Assembly (NCBI GenBank): GCA_000708835.1
Contig: DF237352.1
Span: forward strand, 1-64,000
Reading direction: 5' to 3'
Origin: Klebsormidium nitens
Taxonomy: Eukaryota > Plantae > Klebsormidiophyceae
Length of the DNA: 64,000 nt
A program made the translations under genes and the position numbers. The notes under the pieces are model-generated. The model saw nothing but the letters and a program-made list of their open reading frames with translations, searched no databases and was not told where the DNA came from. Shown here piece by piece: positions 1-12,132 of the stretch; positions within the stretch are counted from its first letter, which is position 1, and each line of letters starts with the position of its first letter.

Positions 1-934
1 GTAGTACTGATAGAGAAAGGGATCCAAAGATGCGGGGGAAGATGCGTTCAAAAGGGCCAATGCTGCCTGCACAAGCCAACACCTCCTATACGAGTGCATG
101 ATGCAATCTGACCACTCAGAGTTTGAAGGGCCCCTCAAAACCCTAAACCACCATTTTCCAAAAGGCATGCTCTGACGACGATCTGCATTTTTTGAAAGTC
201 GACATTCTTGCCTAGGTACGTTCTTTTGAACTTTCCACGCTCAACAAGAAGTTGTACATTAGAGGCCACGTACATTTGTACGTACAATTGACAACGTTTG
301 TAAGCAACATATATGCCGTCAGCTAATGCACTAGATCGATAATTCACAGCTCTCTTGTACCTTCGCCTGGCCAATTCAGAAATGGTAGGTCCGCAACCTC
401 CATGTCTGATTATGAGCCCCTTCTGAGTTGCAAGCTGGCGCAGCGGCGCCACTGTTCAAGTCTTGCAGAGGTCAAAAACTTGAAAAGGCTGGATTTCGAC
501 AAGCAATGATATCCAGTATGCATGATGAACTTGTCTACACGGCAATGCTCGTTGAGGAAAATTCGTTTGCATCCACGCTTTTCCATCACAACTACAACAA
601 AACCGACACAAGAGACCAACCAAGCCGACTCAAGAGACCAAGCCGCCACAACAACTTCCCTCCTGCTCACAGTAAGTCGACCATATCCGCTCACATGAGC
701 AATCATTATAACACCATGTCCAAGCGACTCCAAATTTACCCATAACGCTCAGTTTAGAGTCGCAACCCTGCTTCCATGAAGACAGTTTATCCTCGTCTTT
801 CGTCGATCAATCTCAACCTGGTCTCGCCCAGTCTTGATGCAGCGTACGACCAAAGACGCAAGGGCAGAATCTATCAACCAGTGGTCGTCCCCTCATGTTT
901 CGTGTCAAGCTTTGCACTTCCCGACATCGCCTAG

Positions 935-1072
935 AGCCTTCACATTCCGCTGCTTTGCATTGTCGAGCCTTTGCGCAGTTTTCCAGACTCAGCGTCGGAC
1001 CTGAAGCCTTCACATTCCGCTGCTTTGCATTGTCGAGCTTTTGCGCGTTCCTCCAGACTCAGCGTCGGACCT
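935..1072. repeat. 70-bp tandem duplication (2 copies)
   Basis: agccttcacattccgctgctttgcattgtcgagc...ccagactcagcgtcggacct occurs at 935 and again at 1005 with few substitutions. Confidence 0.9.
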
Positions 1073-1576
1073 ACACAACCCACGACTGGCCTCGCATCCT
1101 TTCAGCGTCACATCAAGGCTTTGCAATCTCCGATTCCTGCAAAACCCAGAATAGTCTTAGCGGTAAGCGGCAATGCAATAAACAAGGCAATGCGCTACTG
1201 AAAACGGGGGCAAATAATGGGAGCAAGTGATGATATCAGATACTCCGAGAACCGAATCAATAAACGATTGCAGATTTGATTTCCTACGTTGCAGCGCCCG
1301 TCAAACCTCACAGACAAGCAAAAGGCGCGGATTCACAAAGGGCGTCGGCTTCCGGTGAAGTCGTGGCGCGGACATTTCGCACAGATTGTGCTGGAGAAGT
1401 ACTTGCGTATGGAAAAACAAATGGACCCGTCCAATAGAATCCGCCGGAGACGCAAAGGCCGGGTTGCCGCGATGGGCAAACCTCGACCCCTCGGAAAACC
1501 CATGATACTGGGGAAAAAGGGATAGTTGACTGCCAGGGGTGCCTATTTGGTGAAGAGGCTGAGCTCATGATCTCAC

Positions 1577-4500
1577 CTTCGCAGGGGCCGTCGCACCTTT
1601 GGGTACGTAGAGAGGCTTTGAGGGCTGGGCACTCGAGGGGCTCCTGCGAAGCAATCGAGAGTTCAATCAGCAGATTAACGTAGATTAAATGACCAAAAAC
1701 CAGCGGCCGGAGTCGGTTTGATAAAGAGCAACTGCAAGGACGAGCGACGCAGCCGAAGACCTGTCAAAAGGACAGTCCCGACACAAAAGACTCTCTGTTG
1801 CCCGAACAGAAGCAGCTTAGAGGACCAGTGGTTACTTAGTTGCTACAATGCGTCCAACGAGAGCATAATAGCTGAAGAAAATCGCCTACCAAGATCGTTG
1901 TCATGAAGACAGAACGGAAGCATGATCTATCTCGTGCGGTTCTTGTAGCTATAGATGCTTAAAATCCTTCAGACGCTAAGCTGAGCGCGTATCTCCTCGA
2001 TGCAAGCACTGACGTAGACTGCTTCTCGTTTTTCTTTTTGACCTAACAAAGCTCTAAGGGAGCTCGGATGAGATTTATGGTGAGCTTGAACAGAATCCCG
2101 CTGATCCTGCAAGTCTACAAAAAGCAAATGAGAGCCGCTTACTTGGATCCTATCTGCCGGTTGCTACCCACCACTCGCGCGGGTCCCCCGCTCATCGAGC
2201 CCTGTTGAACGTACGCGTTTCCCCCATTCACACTGCCCCCGTTTGCGCTCGGCCCATTCACACTAGGCCCGTTTCCGTTAACCACGTGGAGGGGTCCCTG
2301 CCTCGGCACATTCTGAACGTCGGTCCTGGGTCCGCTTTTCGCATTCCCCGCCGGAACAGAGCCCACATTCTGCCCCCCCGAAACGTTCTCACCATTGCTG
2401 GCGGCCGGAACCCGCCCGTTGCCCTGCGGCCGGTTGCCTGCCACGTGGCCATTTCCCCTGTTTGACACGTTGGCTTTCCCACCGGCAGGCTTCCCGTTCG
2501 CCGCGGCGGGGGGCTCCGCGGGCCTGCCGTTCGACCCCCCCGAATCGCTTCGCGGCCCGTTCTGCTGCTGGCGCTGGCGCTGCTTCTGGGCGGCCGCGTT
2601 CGTTGCGATGGGGGTCACTGCTACCTGGGGTGGTGAACCCCCCTTCGCGGTGGACTCGGAAACGGACCCCGCTGGGGCGTTCTGAGCCGCGGCTCTGCTG
2701 GCTTCCTGGGGCGTCGGACTGTTGGAGGCGGTGGATTGTGCAGGGTTTCCGCTGGAGGGGGGGGTGCCGCGCTTCTGCTGGGCTTCGGGGGTGAGGTAAA
2801 CCTTGTCGTCAGGGGTGACGCGGAATGACTACACAAAACAGCGAAGGAGATTTGAGTTGAGCATTCACAAGAGGTGTCGTCAGTTCTGGAAACGGAGAAA
2901 CGCTTGGACTTTTGAAGGAGCTGTGGACTAGAAGGAAGTAGAAACGTCGAACATCAAAGCTGCTATACACCAATCCTTCACGAGCTTGCGAACAGTATGC
3001 AAAGACAGACGAACTTGCGTGTCCTTCTAGAAAACATTCGCAGAAGGCGATGCTTGTCATGGAAAATCTCTCTGCAAAACGTCCGAGCAAGCAAACAAAA
3101 GCCACCCTACCTTAGCCGCGACCTAGGCAATTTTTAGCGACTAACACAGATCGGCGTGTTGAAAGCATGACAGGCCCAAAACGGATCAGTGCCCGGTGTG
3201 ATACATCACGTAAGGTGAGCCTTGCGCCGCTTGAGCTGAAGCACGAGCGAGATCATGGATTGCTTTGAAAACCTAGTGCCCACTTTCGGAGCTGGAAAAA
3301 GAGCTCCTAAAACCCCCCTCCTCACCTGCGGATGCGCAGCCAGGAACTCGCGCAGCGTGCCATGCTCCTTGCGGTACGTCCTCCACACGTGCGGCGCGAT
3401 CCGCGGCGTCAGCTTGTTCGCCAGCACGGTGTTGATCGCGATCGCGTCCTCCGCTTTTCCCGGAATCAGCTCCGCGAAACACGCCAGGAGCCCTTCTTCG
3501 TCCAGCATCTTCCCCCGGTGTTCCTGACCCGGTCTCGCGTTCTGGGGCATTTGAGTTTGTGCAGAGACTGGGGGATCCCCCTGGGCGGGAGGTTTCGCGC
3601 TTTCCGTGGGGGGGCGGTACGGCTCCGGCTGCCGGGGGGGGAACTGTACAGGGTTCTGAGGGGGGGGCGGGTTAGCGGGCGGGTTTGCGCTAACCGGCGC
3701 CGGTTGGGGTTCGACCGCCCGCCGCTGGAGGCCTTGCTGGTGCTGGCCCGGCGGGGGGGGGTCGGTTTGGAGGTTGGGGGGGTGAACCGGTTGCGAGGAC
3801 TGGGGTTTGGAGGCGGGGTGCATTGGTTGGACTGCCCGGCTGCCTTGCGCGAGGGGGGCCGCGGGAAGGGGGTGTGCCGAGGGGAGGATGGAGGGGGGAA
3901 CGCCGGGGGGGAGGATCGGGGGCGCAGGGGTGGCCTGTGGAGGAGAGAGGTGAAGTTTGGGGCAACGCGTCTTTGCAAAATAAGGAATAATTGCACACTT
4001 GACTTTGCGATTGGAAGAAATGGATGCACGAGAAAAACTCATGGGCATACTGACCGGGACAGGTAGGCCACTTGACAAACCAACCTCTCAAAAGAACGTG
4101 ATCGATATCTGATATCCCCGGCTAACCTCAGCCTGAGAATAATCAAATTGCACAAAGATCGCCTTGAGCGAAAGAAGCCCATGCTCACCAAATATGCCTC
4201 ATCTTGCAAGCCCAGACGAGATCCAGGGTGATGTGAACGGTTATTACTTACGCCCTGGTCGAACTCTTCATGCTTTTAAACTCAACAACGATGACCAATC
4301 ACTTGACGCCAAATAAGGTAGAACTGGCCATACCTCGGCCGGCCCACGAGTCCCCGAGCTCGGCGCGGCGGCGCCAGGTGGCGGCACCCCATTGGGCAGA
4401 CCCTTGTGCGAAGGCTCCGGCTTCGCTGCACCAGCGGGGGCCCGGGTAGCGCTTGCGAGTTGTTCCTGCATCTGGCGAACCACCTTCTCGTGGTACTGCT

Positions 4501-7500
4501 GGAAGTCTTCGAGCTGCGAAAAGTAGGGTTGCGGGGTTTGCTTCGGGATCCTAATGTTGTGTTTTAGAATTAGTGGACTTGACTTCTGCTGTGCACCGCT
4601 GCGGGTCACTTCATGAAGTTGAGAGTACACGGAATAGTCCGGTTTGCAATAGTACTTTTAAGTACATTCTAATCTGCAGAACATAAGTGTATGTGTTCGG
4701 TACGGGTGTCGAAGATACCGCAGAGTTAGTTATAGAGGAGCATGGACACTGCAACCTCCAGTGGCGTCGCGTTCAAGCACTGAAAAACGATTGCCGGCTG
4801 TAAAAAATCAGATGAGGCAGGCGAAATTAGGCACCGAAGCACTCCAGAATGTGCATCCACTTGCATCAGCAAAACAGGACCTATGGTCGAGTTCTCGACC
4901 ACCATAGAACCCATGTGGGCGAAAACGAAGCGACTCGGAAAAAAGGACGTGCAAAAGACGGGCAATCGGAACATGTCAGCGACCCTGGTCGCAATAGCTG
5001 TTTTAGCTCCCTCTTTGCGATAGTACGGCGCACTAAGATGGCTTTCGAGAAGTCTTATAAAGTAAACGCTTCCTGCAATCGAATGACACAGTAGGGGAAG
5101 GACTCTCGTCCTGCTGCCCTCTCCTCGCTCCGCCTTCTCCAGCAACGGGCGATCCCGATGTCCTCACTTACCGTCTTCTCGTGGAAAGGAAAAATCAAAG
5201 CTCTTAAACCTCTCAAATTCTGAAATAGTCCCAAACCCCACCAACCTCAAACCACCTGCCGCTAGACAACCCTCTTCTCATGCCACGAATGCCAGGCGGA
5301 GGTGGAACCAACGCAGCGTGGACCCAAAGCCTCCTCCACCCCTGAGAATCCCACATCCCTCATAGGATTGTTACACTTGAGCGTGAAGAGGGTCCGATCG
5401 AGACGACCCGAGCCCGATCAAGCTCGGGCAAATGCCCTGTTGGTTACGCTGCCCGAATTTGGCAGCTGCCGGAGGCCCCGATTTCGGTCGGGGGCTCGGG
5501 CAAATGTCGGGTCGGGTCGTAAAGTGCCCGACCCGAGGAGCATCGGGTTGTGGGCAACCCAATCTGAATTTCTTACAGGCTGAGGTCAGCCGGAGGTCCG
5601 GCTGATGGGTCTCGGGCCGTTTTTCGATCGCAATTCTTTAGTGTAACAACCCTATCAAGCCATAGAACCTCAAACCCACCTGCCGTCGGGCGACCGTCTT
5701 CTCATGCAACGGCCGGTGGGAGGCATCCTGCGGAATGCTGCCCCTGGCGCAGGTGAAACAAGTAAGAACAAAGACCGCCCACCTCTCAAACCCTGAATAC
5801 GAGGAATCTTGACGACCAAAAAACCCTTAACACCATACTCTAGAAAACCTCAAACCTCAACCCACCTGCCGTTGAGTGACGGTCTTCTCGTGCCACCACC
5901 GGTGCGCGGCGACTAGCAACTGCTGCCCCTGGCGCAGCTGGAACAACTAGAGCATGAAGAGCCGGATTGCCTACATCCAGAAACCCTGAATCCTAATTTT
6001 GAAGATCTCAAAAGGTCGACCCACCTGCCGCTGCGCAACCGTCTTCTCGTGCCACGACCGGTGAGCGGCTTCCTGCAGGTGCTGCCCCTGGCGCTGGTGG
6101 AACAACTAGAGCAAAAGTTCCCACCTCTCAAACCCCGAAAATGAGGTATCCCAACGGGTATGGAAACCGGAAAACCGCCGGAAAACCTTTGTATTTAACC
6201 CACCTGGCGCTGCGCGACCGTCTTCTCGTGCCATGCCCGGTGCGCGGCTTCCTGCAAGTGCTGCCCCTGGCGCTGGTGACAGTACTAAAGCATTGAAAAA
6301 GAGTTGCCCATATTACAAAACCCTAAGATAAAACCCTAGGGCTTCAAATTACCTGCCGCTGCGCGACCGTTTTCTCGTGCCATGCCCGGTGAGCGGCTTC
6401 CTGCAGGTGCTGCCCCTGGCGCTGGTGGAACAGCGACATCTGGTCCATCTGCGCCTTCCACGCGGCCTCCGCATCGCGCAGCTGCTCGTCCTTAGCCCAC
6501 GCCGAGTCCTGCGCCGCTTGCAGCTGGAGCACGAAAAAGCGTGTGACGTCAGCCTTGTTACAGACTTCGTGCATACTCCAAAGGTGATGAACAGAAAACC
6601 AGTGCCCACTTATGAGGGAAAAAGTCAGCTACGCAGAGTCCTGCACTGCTTGCAGCTGAAGCACGGAAGAGGTGTGTGACGTGAGACTCGTCATAGCCAT
6701 CTGGAGGTGAAGCACGAGAGAGGTTACGTAAACTTGGACTGTGTATGAAGTCTCATTTCCAGTTTTCAAAGTGGTTCCGTTCGAGATCACTGCCCACTAA
6801 AGAGGGGCCGAGCCTGGCGATGAAGTAGTAAAGCCCAGCTTGTCCTTGGCCCACGCCAAGTCCTGCGCCGCTTCAAGCTGAAGCAGGAAACAGTTTGTAA
6901 CAACAGACTAGGCGTAAATTCTTGAGGTCCAATCCCAAGGCTTTCGGAAGAAAAGATCCATTCTGAGACTCTCATATCTCAGGCACAGTGTCAAATTTCA
7001 CATTGCAATATCCCGCTACGTCATACTTCGTCATCTTCGGCTCCATAAAAACAAAACCCCGGATCGAACCCCAAACGCCCGTTTACCTGCTCGTCCTTCT
7101 CCTCCAGCTTTTGCACGTGCTCCTGCAACTGCCGCTCCAGCCCCGCGATGCTGTTCGTGTGCCGCTCGATGATCACGTGCCGCGCATTGGCCTCCGCAAG
7201 CGCCTCCTCCTTCTCCTTCCTGAAGAACCGGAAAGTCACGACTCGCTTCATCGTTGTATGCTATGCTCGAAATTCGGAACCCTTTGAGACGACACCTGGT
7301 CAACATCAACTCATTTCCGGATACCAGCCCGTTCTTTCCTCTTTTCCCTCCTCCAATTCTTCTCTCGTGCTCGTGTTCGTTCTCCAATCAGTAACTTCTC
7401 GACAAGTCCGACTTTTCTTAGCTCGCTGATTGTCCAGCCTTCACGAGGTCAATTCAAAGATATCCGTCATCGTTTCTCCCTGACATTGCGGTTCAAAAAG

Positions 7501-10500
7501 AGTCCGATTGAAATGGATTACGAAATTAATCACGGCGACCAACATCGCTGTACTCATCCAATTGCGACAACCCAACCCGGGTAAACACCGTGAGCCCTAA
7601 CGACTACTGAGCATGACGAGACAACATGCCGGAGCCACAAACAAGATTAAATATGGGTGGCTAAAGCCCGATTCGAAGCTTAAAAGAGAACCAAGAATTG
7701 ACGTCAGAGCAAGGATTGAAAGAGCCTCGATGTGTGAATTGATTGAAAGCTTCCCTAGCAAGAAGTACCGGGATGAGTCCACTCACGTCAAGACTCTGAT
7801 CTGGTTCTCCTGATCCCGTAACGCACTGTTGTTCCTCCAATTCTGCAACAGAAGGTTGGTGCTGTCAGCTAGCTCTTGACCCCTATCTGACCCCTATCAC
7901 AGTTTTCAATCTTCAGTCCCTCCACCCCCCTCGCGTTGCTCTAGGCTGCCTCAACTATGCAAATCTTAAGCAACTTATAACACCCAACAAACTTTAAGAC
8001 AACCTCAAAGCACAACCAGACGAACACCAGACCCTCCTCGTCGCTCTCCTACTGGCTGCTTTGACTACGCAAGAACTCAAGGAACATGTACACTCCTTAA
8101 ACCTCAAAACGACCTCAAACAACGACCAGATCCCGAAACATGCATCGAACTGGAACCCCTCACCGCCTCGTCGCTCTGCTCCTGGTTGTCGCGCAGCTGC
8201 TGGTCCTTGCGGTTGAGCTCGTCCCCCAGCTGCTGGATGTGTGCGTCCCGCTCCCGCAGCTGACCCCGCAACTGATTTGCTTGCGTCTCCACTTCCCGTG
8301 TGTCGGCTTGCATCTTCTGTTGGACCTTCTGTGACTCCTGCACCCAGGGGGGATCAAAAATTGCATCTTCCAGGGCACAGGACTGGGGTTACGTGCTCAT
8401 TTAGAGGGGCTATGAGGAAACGTTCATGGGCTTGACTTTACTACAAAGTCCACTGACAAGCCCAGTTGCTTTTATGTTTAATACAATGGGACTCTTGCTG
8501 CAGAGAAATATCTAGATACTGGCGCATCCTGGGTGGTGGCTAGAAGTTGTGTGGTTTAATTGCGAGGTTAGAGGCGCATTCCGCGTGGAGATGTGACCAT
8601 ATTTGGACTTTATAAGAAAGCTCCTACAACTCCTACAACAACTCTTCTGTCGTGGGAGGGGGGTACGATTCCAAGGTTCGGTCCCAAGGTTGTAAGCCAA
8701 GCGCCTTTGACTCCGCCAACCAGGTTAGCTTCTAAAGCTTTTGGGTGCCCCGAACATGGTTTCCCACAAAGCCCACATAACCCTCAAACATTCCTACCAA
8801 ATTTACAGCGCCTCCGAACAATGACCAGAGCTGATTGTGTCAAAGAATAAACAAGGTAGTCGTAGTCACTAAGCTTTTCGCACACATTCCCAGATCCTAC
8901 CAGCACCTGTTAGCGCCCTGAGTCTGATGTTGCGAACGCCCTGAGCTCAACCAAGTCCTCAAACCTCCTTTCAAGCCTCTCACTGATTAACCAGTGAGAG
9001 CCCACCAGTGGCACTAGAAATCAGATGAGCAACAGCATTAGGGTTTATTGACCGTTCCTCTGCTGGTGCATGCCTTTAATTATTGTGATCGCCGACACTG
9101 ATATCAATCACTCATCACACAGGCTAGTGCCACCTTGGATTTTGACGAATGAGGCTGCCACTTCCAGGACTAAGAAACATAAGCATAAGAGGTGCCATTT
9201 CAAACTCTGAGAATCACAGGATAAGCAGTGAAAGTATCTTAAGCGCGCAGCAGCTCCCAAACCCTCACCTGGTATGCTCCCTCCAGGTTCTTCCGCAGCT
9301 TTTGCTCTTCTGCAAACTGCGCCTGGAGCTGCTCGAGCTGCTTCCTCAGCGCAGCGACCTCTGCCCGGTCAGCCAGCTTAGCGCGCAATTGCTCGATGTT
9401 CCGGTTCAACTCATCCCGCTGTTTTGTGTACTCCTGAAGCTGTTGCTCGTCGGAAACGCTCAGCTCAACCTTTGGGGCTGGCTCAGGCTTTGAGGCCTGC
9501 GTTTACGTATGAAAAGCCCTTTTTGACTTCTAAGCTGTGAGCTTGCCCATCAATGATCTGGCGTTCGCCGCGATGTAGAAGAGCAGGAGGGTTGGGCAAC
9601 CAGATAAATGCTAAGGAGAACGTGCATCCTTTCGGGAAGGCCTGTAAGCAATACTATCTTTCTTGACCAAAATGTTTTCTTGACCAAAATGTCTAGAAAG
9701 TGGAGCATTGAGGTTTCTGAATGAAACAAGATGACCGCTTTGGTCAATGGGTTTCACACCTGCAGCTGCTCCGGCCTCTTAGTAGACATAGTGAAGGAGC
9801 AATTCAAAGTACAAAATGGGCTTGAAAGCTTGGGTACTTAATGCCACTTGCAAGGAGGGCCATCAGAGCTGCCCAGTCCTTACAGGTTTTTGAAGGAAAA
9901 GCAAATACGGACCTTGAGCTTTACTATGAAAGTTCAAACACGGTAGTCAATCTCCAATCGAGTACGGAGAATCAAAACCTGCAAAGCTGCAACCCCTTCA
10001 GACCCCTGCAGTATCTTTTGAATGCTTTCAAGCGATTGCCACCCTTTGCTCAAGTTTCTACACCTACTAAAGACCTGATTTTCCAGGGTTTCCTGCTGAA
10101 AGCAACTTTTTGATGAGGTGGCGTTAAAACCCTTGTGACTCAAGTGACAGAAGTGGCAGATTACTTGAAATGCAAAAACCCATTAATTCAAAGGCCCTTC
10201 AAAAAGACTTCCAAAGAGTGGTGGCATTCCGTTGAAGCAGTCCAGGACTATTATAACAACTGGCATTGACATATTGCGAGATGACTTGCGATCATCCGAC
10301 CTCGAGCCTGAGCACAATGAGCGCTCTGAAAGTCGACGAGACTCTTTCCCCAAACCTCCCTATCATTGGAAGGGTTTCTCCCTGATCATTGAGAGGGTTT
10401 TTATTCACGGCTTCACACCATTTTGAACCTTTTTTCGACCACATAGCAGCTCTGCTTCAATAGGCATCAAGATGAACTCCCAAATTGAGCTTCACAAACT

Positions 10501-10988
10501 AATTGAACCCAAACAAAACCCACCTCGATGTGTGCTGGCACCCTGCCTGCATTTGTCCCCAGATGCTCACGTTCAGCCTCTCGTAACCCATGCTGCCTCA
10601 TTCCAGGCCTGTCCACAACCTCGGAGTCGCTCGATTGGCTGCTCCCAGGCTGAGAAACTGGAGCCCCGAACCTGTGCGACCGTTCCCGCGTGTCTCGCTT
10701 CCTAAAAGATCTGTTGTGGTTGGGGCGATCTGGGCCCTGACTTTGATGTGGCAGCTGATTGTGAGGCTGATTCACATGTTGATTCTGAGACTGGTGCTCA
10801 TGCTGACTTGGGGTTGGATTGGGAGGCTGGCTTTGGTTCTCAGACTGGTTGGGCGGGCCCTGCCCCTGGCGCTGCCGCCCACTAACCTGCCCTCGGTTTG
10901 GTTGACCAACCACCTGCCATTGAGCTTGGTTCCGGCGCTGCTGGTTGAAAGGGAGGCGCTGCGGCTGGGCTTGGCTGCCAGGCTCCAT
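1577..10988 (-). CDS. Multi-exon coiled-coil protein with C-terminal winged-helix-like domain, similar to plant At3g03560-type proteins
   Basis: Phase-consistent GT-AG exons: 10988-10524, 9496-9269, 8337-8164, 7842-7787, 7219-7087, 6523-6353, (6284-6204, 6105-6025, 5946-5866), 4513-4334, 3934-3326, 2828-2143, 1643-1577; the last exon is not resolved and an unspliced stop at 2139 is possible. Peptides AWAKDEQLRDAEAAW and LDEEGLLACFAELIP...HVWRTYRKEHGTLREFLAAHPQ|SFRV resemble the recalled plant motifs KDEQLREAQAW and LDERSLLAC...HWHDYKKKYGKLDDFVASHPELF. Confidence 0.8.
5250..6284 (-). repeat. Tandem array of copies of the 3' end of exon 6523-6353 plus donor site
   Basis: Copies at 6284-6204, 6105-6025 and 5946-5866 are each 81 nt, AG...GT bounded and stop-free. 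The copy at 5761-5680 has a 1-nt insertion and no AG. A remnant lies at about 5310-5255. Confidence 0.9.
5363..5654. mobile_element. MITE (292 bp) in an intron, possibly PIF/Harbinger-like
   Basis: Terminal inverted repeats TAGGATTGTTACACT / AGTGTAACAACCCTA (14/15 match), flanked by direct TCA/TCA. The interior is rich in CCCGA/TCGGG motifs and has no convincing ORF. Confidence 0.8.
6640..6890 (-). repeat. Degenerate copies of the 5' end (acceptor side) of exon 6523-6353
   Basis: 6830-6890 reads LEAAQDLAWAKDK versus the exon's LQAAQDSAWAKDE. A shorter copy lies at about 6650-6700. Confidence 0.75.
8001..8075 (-). repeat. Degenerate copy of the 3' end of exon 8337-8164
   Basis: ccctcctcgtcgctctcctactggctgc versus the exon end caccgcctcgtcgctctgctcctggttgtc; the flanking intron motif acctcaaa..caaccaga is also repeated. 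Confidence 0.65.
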
Positions 10989-11529
10989 CTACAGAGACAA
11001 TCTAACCTTCCCCAGCTATCCCCCCACGTTTTCAAGCTGGCCACTAACTCATGCAAGGATGCAGATTAGGCGAGCTTGAGCTTGAGCTTGCCCTGCGCGC
11101 CACCACCAGCGATGCACCACAATTGAGAACGAAGAACTCTGCAAAAGCAATGGGTTCGTCTGCAAGGAAAGAAACAGAACAGAGTAGAGAAAATTCTGCA
11201 CAGCAAGCTTTCAGCAAAACGATAGCTTTCTGGCCACCGTCCACATGCTCTCTTCGAGACGGTTGAAGAGGGTACGTCGTCGTAATTCAAGCCAAGGATG
11301 GCACGGAACTTTCTTTCTTATCCGACGGCTGTGCGTTGCATTCCTTCCCGCCGGATCGATTAGGGCTTTCACATGCGTCCGATGGTTGTCCCTGATTTTG
11401 ACCAATTTGTCGCCCCCTAAATCAACAGGCTGCACTTGACAACTTTGGGTAAAACCGGTGGGTTAACGGCGGGTTACGTACTTGACCAAGTCGACTCAGA
11501 ACCTTCCAAAAACCCTGGGGCTCGACCTC

Positions 11530-11615
11530 GGAAGGGCCGCGTCGCGCATCGCGCGGCCCAGGCCCGGGCCAGCTAGCCGCACTGGCCGCGCGCACGCCGC
11601 GGGGGCAGGTGGCAT
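11530..11615 (-). promoter_or_regulatory. GC/CpG-rich island, probable promoter region of the coiled-coil gene
   Basis: Very GC-rich patch about 550 bp upstream of the ATG at 10988, which is itself preceded by an acceptor AG (implying a 5'UTR intron). Similar patches precede other genes in the window. Confidence 0.4.
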
Positions 11616-12132
11616 GTAACAGGGGACTCATCAAACCCTGCATCTGAACTCCATTCAATGGGACCTCTCGATCGAGATCACGACACGACCTCTGAATTAC
11701 GAGCACGTCATTTTGTGTGCTTCTCCTCCACCCGAAAATGTATGGAGCCGGTAGTCAATTTGATAGTCAAGCATCAATGTTGGACGGAATCTTGGGGCAG
11801 GTAGCCGGGTCGTCAAAGGGCAGAGTCTTCCAGCGACAGCATGCTGACCTTGAATAGTATGAGACACAACAAATCAATCCGCCCGCTGAACCCCGTGGAT
11901 CCAAAAGTACGTTTTCTAATTCCACTCGCGTGCAAGTGCCAAGCGCACGGTTACGGTTACACAACCTTCGTAACGCCTTCGACACCAAACTGATCAATGT
12001 AACCTTTTTAATGGCCAGCGTACAATGGTGTTTTCCCGCCAGGCTGTCCGTCAATTGCTGGAAAGGATACGAGACTAATGAAATCACAACCGGCGTCGTT
12101 TCGAGTTCCGGAAAAGCCCACATGAAGGTCTT

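Noticed and set aside
5250-6284. CRISPR-like repeat-spacer array
   Set aside because: Repeats are ~81-nt degenerate exon copies with splice sites in a eukaryotic gene; no cas genes.
9008-9133. Small element bounded by gtggcactag / ctagtgccac
   Set aside because: 10-bp inverted repeat without a TSD; compatible with chance.
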